Source of the DNA: Candidatus Marinacidobacterium sp.
GTDB lineage: Bacteria > Acidobacteriota > Vicinamibacteria > Marinacidobacterales > Marinacidobacteraceae
NCBI GenBank assembly: GCA_965220965.1
Contig: OZ244852.1
Location: forward strand, 2,784,001-2,848,000
Direction: 5' to 3'
Length of the DNA stretch: 64,000 bases
Part shown: one piece after another, positions 54,226-63,864 of the stretch
Layout of the letters: each line of letters begins with the position of its first letter
Position numbering within the stretch: the stretch's first letter is position 1
Program-made: the position numbers and the translations under genes
Notes under the pieces: model-generated
Seen by the model: the letters and a program-made list of their open reading frames with translations, nothing else
Told to the model about the DNA's origin: nothing
The model's database searches: none

Positions 54226-55851
54226 CTACCCGAGCGTCGCCTCGAAGGACGGCGCCCGGCGGTGCTGCGTCGCCTGCTCGAAGGCGTAGGCGATGCGGAT
54301 CAGCGTCGGCTCGCTCCAGGCGCGGCCGAAGAAGGAGACCCCCACCGGCAGCCCCGAGACGAACCCCATCGGGACGCTGATGTCCGGGTACCCGGCGATC
54401 GCGGCCGGCCCGGCGCTGCTGCCGCCGTCCAGCCGGTCGCCCTTGATGTGGTCGGTGATCCAGGGAAGGTCCCGGGTGGGCGCCACGATGGCGTCGAGCT
54501 CGTGCTCGTCCATCAGCGCGTCGATGCCGTCCTCGCGGTTGCCGCGCTGGATCGTGCGGACCGCATCCAGATAGGCCTGGTCGGTGAGCGGGCCGCGCGC
54601 CTGCGCCGCGATCATCCGCTGCTGGCCGAAGTGCGGCATCTCCAGCTCCGCGTTCTCCTCGTTGAAGGCGATGATCTCCTCGAGCGTGCGCACCGGCGCG
54701 GCGTCCCCGAGCGTCGCGAGGTAGGCGTTCAGGTCCGCCTTGAACTCGTACTCGAGGACGAGCAGCGGCAGCTCGTCGTTCCACGCCGACTGGGCGAGGT
54801 TCGCGGGGTCCACGACGACCGCGCCCGCGTCCCGCATGGCGAGAATCGCGTCCTCGAAGAGCGCGGTGATCCGCGGATCGAACCCGGTGAAGCTGCGCGC
54901 CACGCCGATGCGCGCTCCCTCGAGGCCGGCCGGATCGAGGAACTGCGCATAGTCGGAATGGAAGTTCCCGTCGCTGCGCGCCGTCGCTTCGTCGCGGGGA
55001 TCCACCCCCACCGCGCCCCCGAGCAAGATCGCGGCGTCGGCGACCGTGCGGGTCATCGGCCCGGCGGTGTCCTGCGAGTGCGAGATCGGGATGATCCCGG
55101 AGCGGCTCCAGAGCCCGACGGTGGGCTTGATGCCCACCACGCCGTTGCTGGATGACGGACACATGATCGAACCGCCGGTCTCGGTGCCGACGGTGAGCGC
55201 GCACAGGTTCGCCGAGGCCGCGACCCCCGACCCCGAACTCGAGCCGCAGGGGTTGCGGTCGAGCGCGTAGGGGTTCCGGCACTGACCGCCCCGCGCGCTC
55301 CAGCCGCTCGTCGCCCGCTCCCCCCGGAAGTAGGCCCACTCGCTCATGTTGAGCTTGCCGAGGAGGATGGCCCCGGCGGCGCGCAGGCGCTCGGCCACGA
55401 AGGAGTCCTGCGGCGGGATCGACCCCTCGAGAGCGAGCGATCCCGCGGTCGTGGTCATGCGGTCGTGGGTGTCGAGGTTGTCCTTGAGCGCGACCGGGAT
55501 GCCGTGGAGCGGTCCGCGGACTTCGCCCGCCTGGCGCTCCGCATCGAGCCCGTCGGCGATCTCCAGCGCGTCCGGGTTGATCTCGATCATCGAGCGCAGT
55601 TCCGGTCCCTGCCGGTCCAGCGCCTCGATGCGCGCGAGGTAGGCCTCGGTGATCGAGCGGGCCGAGTGTTCGCCCGACTCCATCATCCGCTGGAGGTCGG
55701 CGACGGTGACCTCATCGAATTCGAAGGGCGGGATCGCCTGCTGCCCGCTTCCCGCCTCCGGCGCCCCGCCCGGGGTCGGCGCACAGGCGAAGCCGGTGCT
55801 CAGGGCGGCGCCGCCGGCCGCCGTCGTCTTCAGAAAGTCTCGTCGGTCCAT
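54226..55851 (-). CDS. Tat-exported amidase-signature enzyme
   Basis: 'DRRDFLK', 'GPLHGIPVALKD', 'GSSSGS', 'GTETGGSI'. Confidence 0.92.
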   Translation of the reverse strand: MDRRDFLKTTAAGGAALSTGFACAPTPGGAPEAGSGQQAIPPFEFDEVTVADLQRMMESGEHSARSITEAYLARIEALDRQGPELRSMIEINPDALEIADGLDAERQAGEVRGPLHGIPVALKDNLDTHDRMTTTAGSLALEGSIPPQDSFVAERLRAAGAILLGKLNMSEWAYFRGERATSGWSARGGQCRNPYALDRNPCGSSSGSGVAASANLCALTVGTETGGSIMCPSSSNGVVGIKPTVGLWSRSGIIPISHSQDTAGPMTRTVADAAILLGGAVGVDPRDEATARSDGNFHSDYAQFLDPAGLEGARIGVARSFTGFDPRITALFEDAILAMRDAGAVVVDPANLAQSAWNDELPLLVLEYEFKADLNAYLATLGDAAPVRTLEEIIAFNEENAELEMPHFGQQRMIAAQARGPLTDQAYLDAVRTIQRGNREDGIDALMDEHELDAIVAPTRDLPWITDHIKGDRLDGGSSAGPAAIAGYPDISVPMGFVSGLPVGVSFFGRAWSEPTLIRIAYAFEQATQHRRAPSFEATLG

Positions 55852-55945
55852 GGATGCTCTCCCGGCTGGCGAGCATACCGGTCGCCCGGCGCGACCGCGC
55901 TGCCGCCCCGGACGCCGGCGCGTAGGTCGCCGCGGACGCGCGCGG

Positions 55946-56827
55946 TCAGGACGCGCGCGCGGTCCAGCCCTTCTTCGGCTGGTCGAACCAGACGTGGACC
56001 TGACCCGTCCCGATCGCGTTCTCGTAGTCGGAGAACTTCCGCCCGGGCGCGGCGCAGGCCGAGCCTCCCACCGCCGCCACCGCCATCAGGTAGTGGCCGA
56101 AACGGCCCTCGGGCGCGAACCGCGCGTAACGGTCCATCGTCTCGATGACCCGCCGGTGGTCGCCCGCCGCGAACCAGCGGAGCCGCTCTTCGTCGGCGGC
56201 GCGGGCTTCGGCGGTGCGGATGTGTCTGGGGTCCGAGGCTTCCCGTCGCGGGATCTCGGAGAGCGGCCAGAACCGGTGGCTCATCCCCCCCGACGCGAGG
56301 AGCACGACGCGGCGGCCGGTCGCCGCGACCGCGTTGCCGATCGCCCGGCCCATCGCGAGGAAGTCGGGCGGTTCTCCGGTCTGGACGCAGCTCACCGAGA
56401 CGACCCGCTCGCCCTGGTGGAGGTAGTGGAGCAGATTCGTGGTGGGGTAATGGATCGGGAGATAGGGGTCATCCGAGGCGTGCGCCGGCTGGCCCTTCTT
56501 GCGCGCCGCCGCCGCGGCGGCGTGCGCGAGTTCCGGGTCCCCCGGGAAGTCGTAGGGAAGGCCGCTCATCCCCCGCGGCAGCTCGTCCGAGGTGTAGCGC
56601 CCGCGCCGCCGCTCGTGGGCCGTGAGCAGGTGCTCCACCGTGCTCGCCCAGTGGGTGTCGAAGATGACCAGCGTCTCCGGCTTCAGGCGGTCCAGCACCT
56701 CGGAACGAAGGCGGCGCAGGCCGGGGACCAGGCTGATCTCCTTCCCGGAGTTCAGCGCCTTCCGTTCGGCCTCCGGCAGCATGATCGTGGGCACATGCGA
56801 GACCAGCCCGAATCCGACAACGGCCAC
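55946..56827 (-). CDS. LigB/HpaD-type extradiol dioxygenase (homoprotocatechuate 2,3-dioxygenase-like)
   Basis: 'SHVPT', 'FDTHW', 'PGDPELA', 'ASGGMSHRFW', 'GTGQVHVWF'. Confidence 0.85.
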   Translation of the reverse strand: MAVVGFGLVSHVPTIMLPEAERKALNSGKEISLVPGLRRLRSEVLDRLKPETLVIFDTHWASTVEHLLTAHERRRGRYTSDELPRGMSGLPYDFPGDPELAHAAAAAARKKGQPAHASDDPYLPIHYPTTNLLHYLHQGERVVSVSCVQTGEPPDFLAMGRAIGNAVAATGRRVVLLASGGMSHRFWPLSEIPRREASDPRHIRTAEARAADEERLRWFAAGDHRRVIETMDRYARFAPEGRFGHYLMAVAAVGGSACAAPGRKFSDYENAIGTGQVHVWFDQPKKGWTARAS

Positions 56828-56831
56828 GGGG

Positions 56832-57629
56832 TCAGGCTCTCGGCTGGCTGGTGAGCGTGTGACCGCCGCGGAACGTGAACCCCACCCGCCGCCAGAAGGC
56901 CCCGAGCATCCGCTGCGGCGCCAGCGTCTCCAGCTCCTCGGTCGGCGAGCCGAACACGCGCAGTTCGGCGTCACCGGTGAACGCCGTTCCCAGCTCCACG
57001 TCGGAGGAGGCCGCGGAGATGAGCTCGTGGAGCGCGTCTTCCCCGTCCGCCTCGATGCGGGGCAGGAGTCGGTGGTGGAGCATGGGATGGGCGTTGACGA
57101 AGCCGGGCCCCTCCGCTTCCCCCGTCACCGTGAAGCGCGCCTCCATGAGCCGCCGGGACCCCGCCGCCACTGTAGCGCCGAAGACCCCGCCGGGGGCCAG
57201 CCGCGGCCCCGCCCGTCCGATGAGCGCCGGGCGGGTCATCCAGATCTCCCCGAGCTTCTTGGGGTAGCCCTGGAAGTGGCCCCGCGTGAGCGAGGCGTCG
57301 CTGTCCACCCAGATGAAGACGCACCGCGACCAGTCGCGCCCCTGGTAGCGGCAGCGCGCCACCAGCAGGCACTCCTTGTACTGCGCCCGCACCGGGTCGA
57401 GCAGCTCCTCGCCCGAGCCGCTGCAGCACTGCCACTCGGCCCAGATCGCCGCCACCGCGTCCGGGCGGTCCCCGACCGGTTCGAGCGGAGCGGGCAGAAG
57501 GCTCGCCACCGCCCCCGGCGCCGCCTCGTACTCGATCGTCAGCATCTCCCCCGAGTAGTGCCAGGGAGGCGACGTCAGCAGCGAGGCCCTGCCGGAAGGC
57601 GTGCGGGGGAACAGGAAACCGGCGGTCAT
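56832..57629 (-). CDS. Acetoacetate decarboxylase-family protein
   Basis: 'PPWHYSG', 'IWVD', 'RG..QGYPKKLG' (Schiff-base Lys motif). Confidence 0.82.
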   Translation of the reverse strand: MTAGFLFPRTPSGRASLLTSPPWHYSGEMLTIEYEAAPGAVASLLPAPLEPVGDRPDAVAAIWAEWQCCSGSGEELLDPVRAQYKECLLVARCRYQGRDWSRCVFIWVDSDASLTRGHFQGYPKKLGEIWMTRPALIGRAGPRLAPGGVFGATVAAGSRRLMEARFTVTGEAEGPGFVNAHPMLHHRLLPRIEADGEDALHELISAASSDVELGTAFTGDAELRVFGSPTEELETLAPQRMLGAFWRRVGFTFRGGHTLTSQPRA

Positions 57630-57721
57630 GGCGTGGCTATGCCCGAGCCGCACGCCTTGGTCCGCCTCGCCCAAGTCACTTCCGGACCCTCCACGTGGAT
57701 GAGAAGCCTCAGCGGGGCCAT
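57626..57721 (-). pseudogene. N-terminal stub of DUF4276-like protein
   Basis: MAPLRLLIHVEG... begins overlapping the ATPase stop and ends after 31 codons. Confidence 0.5.
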
Positions 57722-58824
57722 CGCTCGGGCTGTGGTCGACCGCCGATTTCGTTCTTCTCCCAGAGCTCGCCGAGGCTGAACTCTTCCAGCCACGGAGCAA
57801 GCGACTCCGGAGACTTCCGATCCAGAGTCGTGCTTCCGTTCCGCCGTTCCACGACGACCGCGTCTTCCGGGTCGAAGTGATCGAGCAGGGTCGGTGACTG
57901 GGTGGCGACGATCACCTGCGAGCCCGCCGAGGCGTGCCGGATCAGGTCGGCGAGCAGCGTCACCGCCGCGGGATGGAGTCCAAGTTCCGGTTCGTCAACC
58001 AGGATGACCGCCGGTCGCAGTTCCGTCGGCGACAGGAACAGGGTCGTGAGTGCGATGAATCGAAGCGCGCCGTCCGAGAGCGCCGCGCCGTCGAACTCAT
58101 CGTCGGCCTTCTGATGCCGCCAGCGGAGCCGGACCATCTCCTCGTTCTCCGGGAGGGGGCTCAGGTCGAAATCGTCGAAGAAAGGGGCCGCGAGACGGAT
58201 CGTGTCCCGGATCAGCGTGTACGTGGCGCTGTAGCGCTCCCTGAGACGGAGGAGGAAGGGCGCCAGATTCGCTCCGTCTTCGTCGAGATCCCGGTTGTCG
58301 GTAATCCCGCCGTGCTTCAGCATCGGTGAGCCCCGGCCAGTGTGATGGAAGTGGTAGCGCCGGAAGCGGTCCAGGCGACCCTGGAGCGAGCGCACCGGGC
58401 CGGAGCGGACGTCCTCGCTGATGCCCGGCTCCCCCCGGACGCCGTGGAGCTGGACTTCCGTCGTCTGCCCGGACCCGCGCGTCTCCTCGAAGCGAATGAA
58501 CTCTTCGAGCGGGTACAACGTGTCGTCGTCCCGAATCCCCAGCACAATCGAGTATTCGTTGGTCCCGTTGGCGAATCCGATCTGGAGGCGGATCCGTTCC
58601 GTGCGCTCCGTTCCCACATGGAGCAGCCGGGCCGCGCCTCCCCTCTCGAGGACATAGAGCCGCAAGCGGCCGCGCCGGATCGCCCGGAGCAGCGAGAAAG
58701 CCTCAAGGATGTTCGACTTGCCTGCGCCGTTGGCTCCCACCAGGACGTTCACCGGGCGCAGATCCAGGGTGAGTTTCCGGATGCTCCGGAAGCCCTCGAT
58801 CCGGATCGAGTCGATTCCTGTCAT
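57709..58824 (-). CDS. AAA_21/SMC-like ABC ATPase
   Basis: 'IRIEGFRSI', 'GANGAGKSN', 'LSDGALRF', 'DEPELGLHP', 'ATQSP', 'SLGELWEKNEIGGRP'. Confidence 0.9.
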   Translation of the reverse strand: MTGIDSIRIEGFRSIRKLTLDLRPVNVLVGANGAGKSNILEAFSLLRAIRRGRLRLYVLERGGAARLLHVGTERTERIRLQIGFANGTNEYSIVLGIRDDDTLYPLEEFIRFEETRGSGQTTEVQLHGVRGEPGISEDVRSGPVRSLQGRLDRFRRYHFHHTGRGSPMLKHGGITDNRDLDEDGANLAPFLLRLRERYSATYTLIRDTIRLAAPFFDDFDLSPLPENEEMVRLRWRHQKADDEFDGAALSDGALRFIALTTLFLSPTELRPAVILVDEPELGLHPAAVTLLADLIRHASAGSQVIVATQSPTLLDHFDPEDAVVVERRNGSTTLDRKSPESLAPWLEEFSLGELWEKNEIGGRPQPERWPR

Positions 58825-58844
58825 GTCGCGTCCGGCGTCGTCCC

Positions 58845-60014
58845 TCAGGCGTCCCATCGCACCCGCACTTCCTTCGGGCCGCGGAACTCGAAGCCGCGGA
58901 GTTCTACCTCGCTCTCCGGGTCGAGGCGGAGGTTGGGAAGCCGCCGGAACAGGCGCTCCGCGCCCACCCGGATCTCCTGGCGGCCGAGCCACTCGCCGAT
59001 GCACCGGTGCGCGCCGAGCGCGAACGCGGCGTTGCCGCCCTCGGTCCGCGCGAGGTCGATCCGCTCCGGGTCTTGGAACCGGGCGGGGTCGAGGTTCGCC
59101 GAGCGCAGCACGCCCGCCACCAGCGCTCCCTCGGGCAGCGGCGTCCCTCCCAGCTCCGTGGGCTCGGTGGTCTGCCTGGTGATCGTGCCCACCGGCGTGT
59201 AGCGCCGCAGCACCTCGTCCACCAGCCGCCGCATCGCCGCCGGGCTCGAGAGCGCCTGCTCCCGCAGGTCGTCGCGGGTGAGCAGCGTCCAGACCACGAG
59301 CCCGATCCCGTCGCGGGGTTCGTTGATGCCCCCGGAGATCATGAGCCGGACGTTGTTCACGATCTCGGCCGCGGAGAGCTTCTCCTCGGCGCGCAGGAAG
59401 TGAAGCAGTCCCGACGCCTCGGGGCGGGCGCGAAGCTCCTCGAGCCGCCCGAGCACCGCGGTCTCGACCGCTTCGGCGGCGGTCCGCCCCACCGCGAAGA
59501 GTTCCGGGTCGCGCTCGAAGTTGGCGACGCCGACGCAGAGCCCCTCGCACCAGTCCCAGACCTCCCGCCAGCCGTGCGCGTCGAGGCCGAGAACCGAGGC
59601 GAGCGAGCCGGCGCTCACCGCGTCGGCGTAGCCGCGGGCGATATCCGCGGCGCCTTCGTGGCGGAACTCCTCGATGAGGCCGTCGCACAGCGCCGGGAGC
59701 TCCTCCTCCACGAACGCGCCGCTGCGGCCGGCGCGGAGGAACGGGGGCTTCATCGCCCGCTGCAGACGCGAGCACGCCGGGGGGTCGAGCGTCAGCATGT
59801 TCTCGCCGAGCGTGCGGGCGAGGAAGCTGGGCTCGGTGGCGGCGCTGAAGACCTCGGGGTTGTCCTCCATCGTCTGGACGTCGTCCCACCGGGTCACGAG
59901 CCACATCCCGAGCGCCGGCGTCCACGCCACCGGGGTCTCCTCGCGCAGCCGCGCGAGGATCGGGTCGGGGTCGCGGTCGAGCCCGGCGGCGGTGATCGTC
60001 GCCGCGAAGCTCAT
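58845..60014 (-). CDS. Cytochrome P450 with atypical I-helix (GGINEP)
   Basis: 'EVLR' (ExxR), 'FALGAHRCIG' heme motif. Confidence 0.93.
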   Translation of the reverse strand: MSFAATITAAGLDRDPDPILARLREETPVAWTPALGMWLVTRWDDVQTMEDNPEVFSAATEPSFLARTLGENMLTLDPPACSRLQRAMKPPFLRAGRSGAFVEEELPALCDGLIEEFRHEGAADIARGYADAVSAGSLASVLGLDAHGWREVWDWCEGLCVGVANFERDPELFAVGRTAAEAVETAVLGRLEELRARPEASGLLHFLRAEEKLSAAEIVNNVRLMISGGINEPRDGIGLVVWTLLTRDDLREQALSSPAAMRRLVDEVLRRYTPVGTITRQTTEPTELGGTPLPEGALVAGVLRSANLDPARFQDPERIDLARTEGGNAAFALGAHRCIGEWLGRQEIRVGAERLFRRLPNLRLDPESEVELRGFEFRGPKEVRVRWDA

Positions 60015-60031
60015 GGAGGGGGAGGCGCCCG

Positions 60032-61324
60032 TCAGAGGTACGGGATGTACTCGCGCTGCTCCCAGTCCGTCGTGTGGGCGCGGAAGCGCTCCCATTCGGC
60101 CCGCTTCACCGCGAGGTGCATCCGGCGGAACTCGTCGCCAAAGGCGGCGGCGAGATCGGCGTCGCCCTCGAAATCGTCGAGCGCCCGGCCCAGATCAGCC
60201 GCAACCGTGACGTCGGTGGAGGCGCTCTCGAGACAGTCCTTCGTCTCTTCCGGGGGAGGGCCCTCGCCCCGCTCGATGCCGAGCCGCGCCGCCAGCAGCG
60301 AGGCGGCGACCCCGATGTGGGGTCCGCAGGCCCCGTCCGCGAGCCGGTGCTCGATCCGGGCGCCCGCGCCGCGCTCGGGCGGGATGCGCACCGCGCAGCC
60401 CCGGTGGTCGCGGGCCCAGTTGGCCCAGTAGCCGCTCATCTGGCCGGGGAGGAGGCGCCGGTAGGCGTTCACGGTGGGCGCGACGACGCCGGCGAGGCCG
60501 CGGTGATGGTGGAGGAGCCCCGCCACCGCCGACCACGCGAGGTCCGACAGCCCGTGTTGTCCGGCGGGGTCGTCGAAGACGTTTTGGCCGTCCTCTTCGA
60601 GGCTCAGGTTGACGTGCAGGCCGGAGCCGCCGCGATCCGAGAAGGGCTTGCCGATGAACGTGAGGTGGAACCCCTCCTCGTGGGCGATCTCCCGGGCGAG
60701 CTGCTTGAACCGGAACGCCTCGTCGGCGGCGGCGAGCGCATCCTTCTTCCCGAGCGTCAGCTCGAACTGCCCGTCGTCGTACTCGCTGTGGCACGACTCG
60801 AGGTGGATCCCGCACCGGTCGGCGGTGTCCAGCACCGCGTCGATCACGCCGCCAGGGTCCGCGAACGGACCGGAGCCATACACGTGGGAGCCGGGCGTCC
60901 GGATCGGCTGGAACCCGCCGTCGCCGTCCGGCGTGAGGAGGAACGCCTCGAGTTCGATCCCGACGACCGGGCGCTGGCCGCGTCGCCCGAACGCCTCGAC
61001 CGCGCGCTGGAGGACCCGCCGGGGCGAGCGCTCGAGCGGCTCGTCCTCATGATCGCCGACGCGGAACAGGTCGGCCACCACCACCCCCTCGCCCTCGCGC
61101 CATCCCGGCTCGACCGCCTTCGGATCGAACACCGCGCGGCAGTCGGGGAGCCCGTCGAGGAGGCCCGACTCCCGGTAGGGGGTCATGTTCCGGTCGAAGC
61201 CGAGCGCGAAGGTGGCGAGGCAGTGTCCGGTGGACGCCGCCCCCGGCCGGAGCAGCTTCCCCCGCGCCAGTCCGAGGTGGTCGGGCCAGAGGATGCGAAC
61301 GCGCCGGATCGATGGGTCAGCCAC
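60032..61324 (-). CDS. Glutamine synthetase-like gamma-glutamyl ligase
   Basis: 'DHLGLARGK', 'GIELEAF', 'EYDDGQFE', 'GSGLHVNLS', 'RIEHR'; diverged from true GlnA. Confidence 0.88.
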   Translation of the reverse strand: MADPSIRRVRILWPDHLGLARGKLLRPGAASTGHCLATFALGFDRNMTPYRESGLLDGLPDCRAVFDPKAVEPGWREGEGVVVADLFRVGDHEDEPLERSPRRVLQRAVEAFGRRGQRPVVGIELEAFLLTPDGDGGFQPIRTPGSHVYGSGPFADPGGVIDAVLDTADRCGIHLESCHSEYDDGQFELTLGKKDALAAADEAFRFKQLAREIAHEEGFHLTFIGKPFSDRGGSGLHVNLSLEEDGQNVFDDPAGQHGLSDLAWSAVAGLLHHHRGLAGVVAPTVNAYRRLLPGQMSGYWANWARDHRGCAVRIPPERGAGARIEHRLADGACGPHIGVAASLLAARLGIERGEGPPPEETKDCLESASTDVTVAADLGRALDDFEGDADLAAAFGDEFRRMHLAVKRAEWERFRAHTTDWEQREYIPYL

Positions 61325-61387
61325 GGACGGGGTTGTACCACCGAAGCCCGGCGCCGCGGGAGGCGGAGGAGAGGCGGGGTTGGGGCT

Positions 61388-61970
61388 CTACGTCAGGACG
61401 CGGACCGGCGGCCGGGGAACAGGACGAGCGCGGCGATCGCGCCGCTGACCAGGAAGAAGTAGACCGGGTAGACGAGGATGGCGAATTCCCAGCGGTCCAC
61501 CGCCAGCAGGTTGAAGATGTTCCCGCCGATGAAGAGCGCCCAGGCGAGGCGGTCTTCGGTGTGGGGAGCGAGCCACGCCTTGCGGATCGTGGGCAGGGCT
61601 CCGAGGAAGTCGACGCCCAGCGTGGTGACGAGCGCCACCACCGGCGAGTCGAACAGCCACCACAGCAGGAGCCCGGCCCCCGCGCCGGCGAGGCAGCTCC
61701 GGTCCAGCGGGGTCGAGCCCCCGACGCCGTAGCGGAGGCTCAGCAGCGCCGTCACCAGCGAGCCGACGGCGTAGCCGACCGGGACCCAGATCGTGCTGTC
61801 GGCCCCCGAGAACCAGTAGCTCGCGCCGAGCACGAGGCCGTCGTAGTCCAGATCCACCAGGTCGCCCGGTTCGGTCGGGCCCGGCCCCGCAGGATCGCGA
61901 CGATGTAGGGGATGAAGGCCGCCAGCGACAGCACGCCGGCGATCCACCCCGCCAGAACCGGGAACGGCAT
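61388..61970 (-). pseudogene. Frameshifted multi-TM membrane protein
   Basis: N-part 'AFIPYIVAILRGRARPNRATWWIW' continues in another frame as 'GLVLGASYWFSG...LPTIRKAW..P.TE' (stop at 61393); frame break near 61840. Confidence 0.7.
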
Positions 61971-62092
61971 CAGCTCCTCCGCGGAGCGGGCGAGAGCCGG
62001 GTCGCGTCCGCGTCCATGTTGATGGGCTCCGAGGGTACAACCGCTCCGCCGGAGCCCGGCCAGCCGCCGAACCGGTACGCTCGCTCCCGACC

Positions 62093-63676
62093 ATGCCCGG
62101 GCCGCGTTTTCTCCGTCGTTCCCTGCTGCTCGCGCCCTGCCTCGCCGCCGGGTGCGGACTCCTCGCCCCGGACGTTCCGGAGGCGCCTTTCCCCTTGCCC
62201 GAGCTCGTCCCGCTCGACGCGCCGGCGGCGGAGCTCGAAGCGCTCTTCGACGAAGTCCTGGAGGCGACGCGCCGCCGGGAGGCGTTCTCCCCGGTCAAGG
62301 AGGAGGCGCTCGGGTATGCGCCGCTCGAGGACATGGAGCGGCTCCGGGAGGAGTTCGTCGGGGCGGAGAGCGAGGCCGATCTCTTCTACGCCCTCGCGAA
62401 GCTGAGCAACGCGCGGCGGGACCGGCACCTGCGGGTGCTCCCGGTCGAGGGGGGCCTCAGCGTCCCGACGCTCCCGGATCTGGCGGCGCCCATCCGGGTT
62501 CTCCCCGACTACGCCGACCCGGACGAACCCTCGTTCTTCGTGAGCGGCGCGGCGCCCGGCATGTCGTCGCCCGAACCCGGGGACCGGATCGTCGCGGTGA
62601 ACGGCCGGGACATGCCCGCCTATGTCGAGGAGTTCACCGCGTGGATCCCCCACTCGACGCTCCACGGGCTCTGGTGGCACATGGCGCTCGGGCTGCCGCG
62701 GATCGCGCCCCACGTCCCGCCCCGCCTCTACCGGGAGACGCTGGATCTCACCCTCGAGAACGCCGCCGGCGAGCTCTACGACGTCTCGCTGCCCTACGGA
62801 CCCGGCGAGGCGCTCGCGCCGCGCGACGAGCCGGTCTACCCCGGCTTCCGGAAGCTCCTCGAGCGCGAGAACTTCGTCGTCCGTCACAGCGGGGACGAAC
62901 GGATCGTCCTGCTGCAGTGGCTCGACTTCGAGTTCTCCCTGATCCAGGACGTGATGGACCTGATGGAGCTCGCGGAACGCGAGGAGCTCCTCGATCACGA
63001 CCTGATCCTCGACGTTCGCGGCAGCAGCGGCGGCTCGAACGGGGCCTACGCGATCCAGCGGCTGGTGGACGAGCCGTTCCGGACGACCTTCGGGAACGTC
63101 CGCGTGAGCGACGCCGGCGTCGAGCTCATCGAGCGGTTCCAGGCGATGGAGCTCGACGAGGACGCCCCGGACATCTTCGGGCTGAACCTGAGCCGGAGCT
63201 GGCTGCGCGACTGGGCGCGGACCGACGCCGCCGAGGCGATCCGGAGGGGCGACGAGTACACCCCGCCCACCCCGTTCAAGCTGGCGCACCTCCCCCGCGA
63301 CTCGGGAGGCGTGCTCGAGCCCGCGCCCGTCCACTTCACCGGCCGGATCGCGATCCTCGGCGGGCCGCACGGGGGCTCCCACCTCGACCAGTTCGTCTCG
63401 ATGCTCGCCGACAACGACCTGGCGGTCGTGATCGGCATGTCGACCGGGGGCTACAGCAACACCTGGGAGCACGAGGAGGTCCTCACCTTCCCGGGGAGCG
63501 GTCGGCCGGTCGCCCAATTCGCCTGGAATATCGGGCACACGCTCCGCCCCAACACTGAAATCCTCGAGGGGAACCCGGTGGCGCCCGACATCCACCTCCC
63601 GCTCACCCGCGAGAACTTCCGGACCTGGGACGAGGAGCTGCTCGAACTCGCGATCGAAGCGATCCGGACGCCTTAG
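62093..63676 (+). CDS. S41-like peptidase lipoprotein
   Basis: Lipobox LAAGC, PDZ-like 'PGDRIVAVNG', 'LILDVRGSSGG', 'GSHLD', 'LEGNPVAPD'. Confidence 0.7.
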   Translation: MPGPRFLRRSLLLAPCLAAGCGLLAPDVPEAPFPLPELVPLDAPAAELEALFDEVLEATRRREAFSPVKEEALGYAPLEDMERLREEFVGAESEADLFYALAKLSNARRDRHLRVLPVEGGLSVPTLPDLAAPIRVLPDYADPDEPSFFVSGAAPGMSSPEPGDRIVAVNGRDMPAYVEEFTAWIPHSTLHGLWWHMALGLPRIAPHVPPRLYRETLDLTLENAAGELYDVSLPYGPGEALAPRDEPVYPGFRKLLERENFVVRHSGDERIVLLQWLDFEFSLIQDVMDLMELAEREELLDHDLILDVRGSSGGSNGAYAIQRLVDEPFRTTFGNVRVSDAGVELIERFQAMELDEDAPDIFGLNLSRSWLRDWARTDAAEAIRRGDEYTPPTPFKLAHLPRDSGGVLEPAPVHFTGRIAILGGPHGGSHLDQFVSMLADNDLAVVIGMSTGGYSNTWEHEEVLTFPGSGRPVAQFAWNIGHTLRPNTEILEGNPVAPDIHLPLTRENFRTWDEELLELAIEAIRTP

Positions 63677-63860
63677 CAGCCTGTTGATGAAGTCCCGTGC
63701 AGCGCCGAGAGCGGTGAGGCGCCCGGCCGACAAGGCGCGTGAGCGAGGAATATCGGGAATATTCCGAGCGAAACGGAACGATGAGCGCCCCGAAGGGGCG
63801 CGGTTCGGGCGGGATGCATCGCCGCTCGAACGCCGCGTGACTTCGTGAACAGGCTGTTAA
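63673..63860 (+). mobile_element. 188-bp MITE-like structured repeat, copy 3
   Basis: TTAGCAGCCTGTTGA...GAACAGGCTGTTAA; the left TAG is the peptidase stop codon. Confidence 0.88.
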
Positions 63861-63864
63861 AGCC

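Noticed and set aside
57709-59925. 738-aa ORF suggesting a fusion to the ATPase
   Set aside because: The upstream part is an off-frame shadow of the P450; the ATPase begins at 58824.
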